DNA of 64,000 nucleotides from Lytechinus pictus (Eukaryota): contig NC_087246.1 in NCBI RefSeq assembly GCF_037042905.1, positions 1,800,001 to 1,864,000 on the forward strand, read 5' to 3'. Below the pieces are notes generated by a model that was not told the DNA's origin, made no database searches, and saw only the letters and a program-made list of their open reading frames with translations. Below, piece after piece: positions 55,401 through 64,000 of the stretch (positions are counted from its first letter, which is position 1; the number at the start of each line of letters is the position of its first letter). The position numbers and the translations under genes were made by a program.

Positions 55401-58400
55401 ATTTATTGTGAATTTAATCTGATTTATCTTTGAGTGTGTACCCACGCTCGCCACTACAGAACAAGAGTTTCCTCAGTTTTCATGGTTTTAGATGTGTGTG
55501 GCGTGCGGAAACCGAAAATAATGCAAGTACTTATGCCATCTTTGGTATAAAGGAATTGAATGAAACCTTTTTCTTGAGAGTGTGGGAGATAAATAGATCA
55601 TTTTTAAATCCTCTTTGACTCCCAGATGCCAGATTGACTGTCTACCTTTCGGATTTATCTCGCTTTGATATCCAAAATAATAAAACTTCTCTTTCGTAAC
55701 ACCCATTACCCATTGTCATGGTAGCAATCTGAACAACCCATATCCGATCAGAAAACAGGCCATTGTTATATGTTTGTAAACACAGCGCCAATTCGAAACA
55801 ATCGAAATCTGTCAATTGTATCAAGAGTCAAACAGATAGTTCTTTTCCTTTTAATTGCTGACAATTCACCATCTGAGTTCATTCCCTGATTAGCTGGCCT
55901 AGAGTTTGGAATCGCCACCTCAGCGTGCGAGTCTAGTCTCCCAAATTTCTCCTGAAAAGATGCTGGTATAATAGCTACATCTCAATTAATCCATCCAACG
56001 TTTAATATGTTCAAGCTGGTCTGATGTTCCATTGTCTTTCAGGAAATCGAAAAACAAAGCTGAATACAAAGAATTGTCTCCACCGCCAGAAATATCGGAT
56101 CTCACGAATTCTGTTGGTAAGTAAACGTGTCTCATAATTTTCATTTTTGTGGCAACATAATTATCAACGCTGACCATGTGTGTTTAGATTTTACTTTTAC
56201 ACTTATCATGCTTATAATACAAACATATTCATATTGTACACTTGTTGTTCTTTGTACTTAGCTGTTGAATACTTTTAATCGTAATGATTTCTATCAGATT
56301 TCAACATTTCTTTTTTATTTATTTCTTCTAATTCCCCCGATTGGGTTACACATCGTTTAGTTGATTGTTAAGCAAGTTAATGCTGATTAGTAAATTAGAA
56401 ACATTGATAAGAAACGCAATGGAAGTTTTATGTCAACCAGAACACCTGTTAGCACCAGCTTCTAAGACTTAAAATCTTCTTAGCTCATCACCTAAAGCTT
56501 ATCCCAAACCAGACGATCTTTATCTCCTTGCTTCATTTAGAACACCTCATTAACACGTCCGATGATGATGCACAAATTTTAAGATCAATATTTTCGCGCC
56601 AATTTTAGGCTCATATCACCTAATTAAAGATGAAATGTACACGTGTCATTGACATAGCCTGGCTACATTCCATGTTCATCATTACCATTATTTAAATTCT
56701 TGATATTCTAATTTGGACACTGTCCATCATCCTAAACACCTGTTATTTTGTAATTTTTATCATATTTACTGGAACTCAAAATCGATCTATTTCGTCAAAG
56801 AATTAAGCATGATGAATAATGCCATCAAATATTACCAACATTTTAGGAGTAAAGAGTAGTCATTCTCAGAAACATACTAAGAAATTTACACCTTTTTTTT
56901 TGGGGGGGGGGGTGGCCCTTACTTTTGGGGTAAAACATTTAAGATGCAAATAAAATCACGGTCAGATTCATGAATTACCCATTTCCACTTTCTCTATTCT
57001 TGTAAGAAATCACCATTGTCGCAGTATAATTTCCCCTCTTATTTAAGAACGACTGGAAAGTTAAGAATATTTGAATATTACCAGATGGCATTGGAAACTC
57101 CTTTCATACATTGACCTTCAATATATCCCTTGTCTGAACATGAACTTTAAAAGATGTTTTCAACCTGTTCATTTGGTTTTTCTCTGACCTTTCTCGGGTA
57201 GACGTGACCAACTTCAACGGAGACACTCGAAACCTTGAAGACGCCGTCACAGTATCTGTTAAAATTGAAACAACTGATCCTGACAATATGAGAGGCAAGG
57301 AAAACGCGAGGTGAGTGACTGAACGATATCAAAACATTCATCGTGTGACCGTGAACATTTAAACTTGTCAAATTTTTAAAACGTCGTACGACAATATGAT
57401 AATTCATGCTGTGACTAGCATACTTAGTACTTGCAAAACTTCGACTTTATCATGCTGAAATAATATATCTGATATTTTAGGAAATCAATTAATTTCTTCA
57501 CCTTATCTGGCTAGATGCTGTAATTAATTACGGTATTATTTAACTTCTTTGATTTTTAAGGAAATTTTATACCGAGGTGTTTTGAATTGGTACATGATAA
57601 AGTTTACTGATATTGAGTAAGATTTGTCTTGAAGTTCGTAATTTGATTATAGTGAAGTCCTATTGTAAAGGAGCATTTAAAACAATAATCAATTTGGTGC
57701 ACAATGAATAAAAAAAAGAAATTAAGAATCATCATTTCTTCTTCTGAAATTGAATGGTGAATATCACAATAATTTTTAAGGAATACTGCTTTTTTATGCA
57801 TTCTAAATCAACATAGGTATTAAGATAATCGTCAAACTGTTCACATAAACTATTTAAGCAAAAACGTTATCCTAACTACGTGCTTGCCAACTATCTGATC
57901 TCCTCGTCAGATTGATTGATGCACAATATGTGATTTCATATTGTGATTGACTTCAAAAGTATTATGTTTGGTAGGTTTTGATTCTAAAATGTGGTAAACA
58001 CTCTTTCTGTTCGAACGGTTCTTAGTCATATCTTCGTGAGTGATCAAAAGGTATATACGTCGTCAGTTTCGATTGCGGCGATCAACTCCACATACCTCAA
58101 AACGTTCCATAAACTTTTGTTTGTAAAGGATAGAATGAAGAGTTATTAGAATTCGTGAAATTAAATATTTTGAACATGTGACAACATATTTACGATCAAT
58201 TGTAATTATTGGTATGCTTGTATTATAACTGTGAAGGTGGTTGTACGATGGAAAGAGGACCGGGTTTTTGGCATGTGCAGTAGATTTGAATGTACTAACA
58301 ATGCTAGTAAACAGGACCTGTATAAGGAGGAGAAAATTTAACCATCTTTTCCTACTATATTCAAAGCCTTTTTTTTAATTCTCAGAATTCCGACCGAACC

Positions 58401-61400
58401 AAAATTAATAAGTTGATGAAAATTGGATATGTCTTATTATGACCCATCTATAATTTCTACTTATGAATTTCATAACCCATCAATAGACCACCTCCTTGCC
58501 CTGATTAAAACCAATAAACAGCATATTGTCAATGTGACAATGCAATTACCGAGTGCTGATAGCTCCAAGTAAAAGACACTTAAGACCTCGGAAGTAAACC
58601 CTCTAGTTTCGAGTGAAGTACTCATCAAACTTGTGAAGTGTTGATCTCTATTTCCACTTTTCAAGTTGGAGACGGACTGAAAACTATTATATTGAGAAAC
58701 ACCTTTGGTCATAATATGGAAAGATAATCTCGGCTGTTTGAATAATTCTTTCTCTCTCTTCTTATCGGACCCTTTCGAATTGATTTGCTTTAGAATCTGA
58801 GAGATAAGGGCTTTGAAACTGATCTAACTTTCTTTAATCTTATTCTACAACAGATCTCAAAATAGCATTTAGTTGTATAAAGCACAACGCTCACTTTTAT
58901 TAGCATTCGACAGTTTGAGAGCCCTTTCTCTTCTTAGAGAGTTTAGTGGAATGTGATAGCTCCATGTTGCTATAAAACTCTTTAAAATTGGATGTAATGA
59001 CTTTGTTTCTCCATTTGTCTCATTGAAATATACATTTTAACAATATCCGTTATTCAGTATAAAGGACTTTGAGAAGAGTTATAATCCATTTTATTATTAT
59101 TTTCAGACCTATAACGGTATATGAGGGTCGGCCACCTTCCCCTAAAGGACCGGGTGTTAGTGCTCTCAGAGAGAAATTTGGCGCCAAAGCTACAGGTAGG
59201 TTTGAGAATAAATTCACTAAACATGTTTATAATCACAAATGGTAACTTCGTCATTATATTACCATGGCACCCTTGGTTTTGATTAATTCCCATAGTAATT
59301 TCCATAATCATTATCAAAGTGTTATCATGATCGAAAATTTGTTTATGAAACTTTCATAAATTAGAAATTGCTTAGTAACCATGGTGACCATTGTTGATTT
59401 GTTTTATCAAAAATTGTGAACAAAATATAATTTGGAACACGAACAATACTTTGACAGCTACCCTTTAATTCAAATATAATGTGACCACCAATTCGTTGTT
59501 CATAGTGTCCATTTATTTGGCGGCTTTTCTTATAAAACATGATAAATGGTTTTGTAAATAATGGTTTCTGTGATATTGGTCATCGGACAACCGCATCAGA
59601 TTTGTCAAGGTCATTGTTACTTTTACGGTTTTTGCATCGTTTAGTTCAGTAAATAATAACACAGTATATGGCGTTATGAAGGTGCATGCACTATTCAAAG
59701 AACAAATATTTAGGATCGTGAAGTCATGGATGAAAGGCTTATCGAAAATAAAATGGTTTTATCGGTTCGGTTAATATTGATATCAATTGGTGAAAAGTAA
59801 GTACTTTGTAGTGTTCCCATAGTTTGAACACCTATACATAATTTGAATGTCAAAGTATCAACCCATAACAAACGACACAAAGACAACAACAAATGAGCGC
59901 CAAGTCGTGCTATAGTACTTGTTTCAATTCCATTCAGTTTATAATTGAGATCGCCTGTACTTTTTCTTCTTGTCAGAAGAAGATATGCTAGAACATTTAG
60001 TAATCACATATATAGCAGTGAGGATACACGCAATCTGTTACCAATCAGAAATTAGTGTTTAAGTAATTACATATTTGGATCCAGGTTTTGAATTCTTATA
60101 AAAAAATGCAGCAAGGCCAAGAATAATTTCAAACTATTTTTTGTTTACAATGAATTTTGTTAAGAAGACATTCAAACCAAAGCAAACATACGTTTTGGTT
60201 ATAGGAAGGTGCGTGTGTAGGCCTATAGGGCTGGGTTTGGCCAAGGAGTGGTTTATTGGTTTCGCAACGTTGCTTTTTATTTATGTTGTGGTATAAATCA
60301 CCATGACAACCAATTATGTGGTATTTTCATTCCAACAACATTCTATCTGAAAGTACACGATGCAGATTAAAAATTGTAGCTCAAAAAAATGACTTTTATA
60401 ATAAAAAAAAATTATGAAACTTCTTTATATACAGTTTAGGGCGAGTGAGTTCCAGCGATTTATTTTTATGTTTTTTGCAGTTGATTTTGAAGATAAAAGT
60501 CAAGTACTTTGAAAGTATTCAAATTCACCGTTGACCTTACACCGTTAGCTTTGTGTTCATGGATGAATAATGCTTATGTAAGCATATACCCTATTAAAAG
60601 ACTTAATGATTAACTATTATATGGATGAGACTATAATAAAGTACATTGAACTTGACCTGCTTCTCTATGACCCCTATAGGTACACCATGTAGGCCAATCT
60701 CTTACCCAGCATCAAGGATTAACAAAGACTCACCTAACACTGAACTTCATCAACCAGTACACAGGAAATCATTCGGTTTTAACAGGTGAGAAAACACACG
60801 TACTTTCTCTCATATCATAATGTTTTTTTTTTGGTAATGACACTGTCGAGTATTAGCACAGTCAGCTGTTTCATGTTGGGGTTGGAATAAGGGAGCTACT
60901 GCATTAGTGTACAAGGGAGTATAGAGCCCATCAAGATGTTCGTTATTTTTTCAAAGTGAAATACAAATTTATCAGCAGTTAAATTTCATTTCAAACCTTA
61001 ATTCCAGTTTCTATTAATGTAATACCCAAACAATCGCTACATACTACGACGTATTGGAATATTTGCAGCTGATACATTCCGAGTCTAGTTTGAGTTGGAG
61101 TGATGCACAGACCCAATAAACACGAACATAATAAGGGATATGAATGAAATGATGCATTTTGGAATAATGAAGCAACTGATTTTTAATTTATTAATTGTCT
61201 ATTCTTTCAACAAGGGTTATAGTTCTAGTAATTTTCGGATTAAACCACTGGTATTGTTCATGTCGATTTCATTTGTATTCAAAACAAACAAATATGAGAT
61301 ATATATCCTGGCAGTTGGTATTCAAATTTATTTGATCGCTCTAGTCATTATAGACGGGGATCTACATGGCTTAAGTTCTATAAACGACCGCGAATCATAT

Positions 61401-63150
61401 CTTTGCGATGTATCTTGTTTAATGAATCAATTCCAATTCTTGGACTGATGACAAATGATGAGTGAGAGAATGGATTGTTTTCAACAGATGGTTATATTAG
61501 ACTGATTATGACATAAGTGTAGGAATTACATCGTAGTAATTCGATTTCACAGTGGTATATGTTAGGTCCATTGATACATTCACTGGACCATTCAATACCA
61601 ATCACCCTACGATGTATTTTGTGACAATTTGATATACTGAAGTAAGTAAAAAAAGTTGAAGATTAGGGCAGTATCTTCCTTGATAGGACATGAATATTAT
61701 TGTAATCATTGTCAGACTTTTGAAGCTTTTTTTATAAAGAGATAAAGTACCAGCAGTTTTAAATAAGAATATTGAAAAAAGGCGCAAATAGTCTTTGACC
61801 ATGTGCGTAATAATATACCCCTGAACAACTGCCTCTCTTTGTTTGTTTGTTTCATTTTATTTGACTCCCATTGTGTTTTGCAGCACAATTCTTCTCATAG
61901 CATTCTTAATCAAATCCAACACTAATGGAAATTAACTGTTATTAATAGTGTTTAATCCGTGACATTAATTGATAATGAATGGAAAATGTAGAAGTTAAAC
62001 AAATAAAAATAAATGCAATTAATTGAAATGTCCCCCAACACTTTGTAATTTATAGCACTTACAACAATGAAACAGAATGCTCTGCATTGTGTGAAACGAT
62101 TACTAAACAATAATGAATTCTTTTTTGTCCCAGTTATACGCTGGTTGGCCTCTTTTATTAGGCTAGGGCCTAGGCCTATTTACTTTCCATCTCCATCAGT
62201 CAACGTTAGAACAATGATACCAATAGACTTCCACCTAAATACAAACAGTAACCAATTTAAAAGGGTGTTATTTTGTTGCCTTTTATCGTTTAATTGTTAT
62301 TTTATTTCAAATACTTCCTTTCTTTACCATCATGAAGGTTGGAGGAAACTCCCCAGAAACCGAATGACAAGAACGGAATTGCGGACGGAAACGTAAGCGC
62401 TCTGAAACAAAAATTTGGAGGAACAAATGCAGGTGAGTCCCTTCTGTCAATATCATAACGGGCAGGAATGGGGAGGGGGAGGGGGAGTGGTGCTTAGTTT
62501 TTGAGGATGAAAACTTTTTTGCTCGTCGAAATTTTCGCTGGCCTCTGTTTTAATTGAATCCTTGATCCGCCTGTTAATATCGTTTACCTATCATAATGCC
62601 AGGCCCTTTCCTTTCGGTCTACTTGCAGGTCTAGGCTATATTAAGACCCTGTACTCATTATCATTGACCTGCAGATAAAGATAATTGTTTTGTAGAGTTT
62701 AATACTTTCTCCTTATCTATTTAGTTGCCAAAAATACCGGTTCACCCCATTCATTGTCATGATAAGATTCTTGTGTGAAATTCATTGCGACAGGGCAGGT
62801 GCTTTGAAACATTGATTTCCACATTCATGACCAGCATTTTTAGCTAGCAGAATTCCAAATGAATATAATTATTATTAAAACAACATTCTTGTAGTTTTAT
62901 TGAAATAATGTCACCGGTAGGGGTTTTCTTTTCTGAGAATAATTTGAATAATTTTGTGATTAGTATTACCAGCCAGTTTTGAAATCGTTATAGTATAGAG
63001 TAATGATGTTATGTTTTGTTTATTATTAGGTACCCCGCCGTCACCGACAACAAAACAAACCACACCGTTTTCAACACCAACAACAAAGACTGTGGCAACA
63101 CCTAGCAAGTTTGGTGGTGTGGCAAACAAATGGCAACCAAACCAGACCAG
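37328..63150 (+). CDS. Uncharacterised multi-exon protein (gene 2), 5' part; exons 37328-37421, 55189-55384, 56043-56116, 57202-57310, 59107-59195, 60680-60785, 62338-62432, 63030-63150; continues beyond window
   Basis: Eight exons with canonical GT-AG sites join into one open frame (phases 1,2,1,2,1,2,1,2): MGNRSSKKHAKMTDDDEGAIPSNDSDSTGNKENDVVEGASSSAKADQSKKQKKKEKEK..KKSKNKAEYKELSPPPEISDLTNSVDVTNFNGDTRNLEDAVTVSVKIETTDPDNMRGKENARPITVYEGRPPSPKGPGVSALREKFGAKATGTPCRPISYPASRINKDSPNTELHQPVHRKSFGFNRLEETPQKPNDKNGIADGNVSALKQKFGGTNAGTPPSPTTKQTTPFSTPTTKTVATPSKFGGVANKWQPNQT.. Confidence 0.8.
41341..41628. mobile_element. hAT-like MITE, same family as 29456-29716, opposite orientation
   Basis: caggggcggagccaggg / ggatccgtcactg; TSD ACTGATC(C/T); shared internal aacggcat.tttacatta and gggggcacgggccgg.tgtgcccc. 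Confidence 0.8.
41717..41899. repeat. Palindromic MITE-like element with 84-bp zero-loop core
   Basis: Termini cactctagaaa / tttttagagtg; core 41771-41854 is self-complementary with one mismatch, centre AAA|TTT. Confidence 0.85.
46793..46951. mobile_element. hAT-like MITE with poly-G
   Basis: cagtggcgtacctagg / cttaggtacgctagtg; perfect 8-bp TSD AATCATGT. Confidence 0.85.
49015..49024 (+). CDS. Candidate alternative first coding micro-exon of gene 2 (exon 49005-49024; MTS-)
   Basis: ttttcacag acceptor, ATG ACG TCA G then CAG|GTGAGT consensus donor; phase 1 matches exon 55189. Confidence 0.5.
50519..50744. mobile_element. MITE (CAGGGGCC termini)
   Basis: caggggccacggaa / ttccacggcccctg; TSD not preserved. 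Confidence 0.6.
51154..51266. repeat. ~113-bp near-perfect zero-loop palindrome
   Basis: actagccttgaggactccgtgatcatattttt..gtcatttga|tcaaatgac..aaaatatgatcacggagtcctcaagtctagt. Confidence 0.88.
52353..52655 (+). mobile_element. Full-length tRNA-derived SINE with L2-type 3' tail
   Basis: A box TGGTGTAGCGG, B box GTTCGAATCC, central ctctcacccaggtg..tgggtacc block, tail aagcgctttgag..aagcgctatataaatgcc(ATT)n. Confidence 0.88.
52969..53143 (+). repeat. Local ~80-bp tandem duplication with an intervening 17-bp partial copy
   Basis: cataataagcgagaaatttcaaatagaaaatgtctaaaacctctatgtccttc..tttagccat.taaagcagt occurs twice. Confidence 0.85.
53518..54927. mobile_element. 1.4-kb non-autonomous hAT-like element
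   Basis: caaccgcgtagccagg / cctggctacgcgcctg; perfect 8-bp TSD TGCATAAG; internal cgcgcgaagcgcg motifs; no transposase ORF. Confidence 0.85.
55189..55384 (+). CDS. Gene 2 Lys/Glu-rich exon
   Basis: ttcctttcag acceptor, GTAAGT donor; phase 1-2. Confidence 0.85.
56043..56116 (+). CDS. Gene 2 exon (KSKNKAEYKELSPPPEISDLTNSV)
   Basis: tctttcag / GTAAGT; phase 2-1, needed to restore the frame into 57202. Confidence 0.8.
57202..57310 (+). CDS. Gene 2 exon (VTNFNGDTRNLEDAVTVSVKIETTDPDNMRGKENA)
   Basis: TAG acceptor after pyrimidine tract, GAG|GTGAGT donor; phase 1-2. Confidence 0.78.
59107..59195 (+). CDS. Gene 2 exon (PITVYEGRPPSPKGPGVSALREKFGAKAT)
   Basis: ttttcag / CAG|GTAGGT; phase 2-1. Confidence 0.82.
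60680..60785 (+). CDS. Gene 2 exon (TPCRPISYPASRINKDSPNTELHQPVHRKSFGFN)
   Basis: cctatag / CAG|GTGAGA; phase 1-2. Confidence 0.78.
62338..62432 (+). CDS. Gene 2 exon (LEETPQKPNDKNGIADGNVSALKQKFGGTNA)
   Basis: AAG acceptor after pyrimidine tract, CAG|GTGAGT donor; phase 2-1. Confidence 0.8.
63030..63150 (+). CDS. Gene 2 Thr/Pro-rich exon (TPPSPTTKQTTPFSTPTTKTVATPSKFGGVANKWQPNQT)
   Basis: ttattag / CAG|GTGGGT; phase 1-2. Confidence 0.8.
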
Positions 63151-64000
63151 GTGGGTTGAAATTTAATTCCTTTTGAAAACTGAATTTATGCGCTAATGGG
63201 ACATTATATAGAGAAAAAAGTCTTTAATTTAGAAAACGTTAATTTTATCCTATTAAGTAAATGGAAAATTGATTTAACACAATGATATTTTTGTAAAATG
63301 TAATATGTAAGACCGCTCCTGAAAGACAACGGCGCATGAGAAGCCTTTATATTTAAATTTTCAAATGATGTAGCTAAGTCAGGTGAAAGTGACTAATATA
63401 CTTGTTATTAACATTCCACATCAACCACGTGATCAAGATCCGCTATCTTCATCACCATGACAACGATAAGCATACAATTCCTGCCAAGGTGCAGACTAAT
63501 GAACAAAAATGTTAAATTGGGATTCCCTCGAAAGACAAGAAGTCTTCATTTAGCCAAGTACCTTGGTGAAATGACACGCGGTTCGCACCCACGGAAAAAA
63601 AAAGAATCAACTCTTCTTAAAATCATGTGATTTGTGTAGTTTTTTGGTCCTACACTTTTCAGACAATAGGCACTTCGACCTTTATGTGAAGCTTTATATT
63701 GCAAAGAAATATTTGTAAAATAAGGAAATATGAGGGGAGAAAAGCTGCCACCTCTATATTCGGCTACATGTTGGTTATGAATCATTCCGTAACACACCAG
63801 TTACCTTGCGACTGTTTGATGAGGGCGAGTACTATAACACGTCAAATGTCGTTTGGAATTAGTAGACGGCATGTTGAATGGACGCAAGGCGGGAAAAGTA
63901 CTGATTAAGAAAATTCACCAGGGAGTAACCTTATGGCTTACATCGATGAAACTATTAATATTTTACTTTAATAAAGATGTAGAATCGATGACTCAGAAAA

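Noticed and set aside
55384..57202. Apparent early stop if exon 55189-55384 spliced directly to 57202
   Set aside because: The intervening exon 56043-56116 restores the frame, so the gene is not a pseudogene.

Overview
AT-rich eukaryotic (animal) genomic DNA. The repeat content suggests an echinoderm, probably a sea urchin (inference). It is not prokaryotic: there are no operons or CRISPR arrays, and most ORF-track entries are spurious. Two spliced + strand genes can be assembled by hand from GT-AG sites with consistent phases. (1) The last five exons (405-11731) of a smoothelin-like gene ending in a C-terminal calponin-homology (CH) domain; its last intron holds a decayed antisense LINE. (2) The 5' part of an unidentified, largely low-complexity protein (37328 to >63150). 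It has an N-myristoylation-type start (MGNRSSKK), a candidate alternative non-myristoylated start micro-exon (MTS), a K/E-rich tract and a duplicated two-exon module carrying a VSALxxKFG motif. The most striking non-coding structure is a 5.2-kb, four-level nested set of non-autonomous inverted-repeat transposons (22366-27541), including a foldback/TU-like element. Several MITEs with 8-bp TSDs, a tRNA-derived SINE, zero-loop palindromes and microsatellites are also present. No clearly novel enzymatic system is visible.
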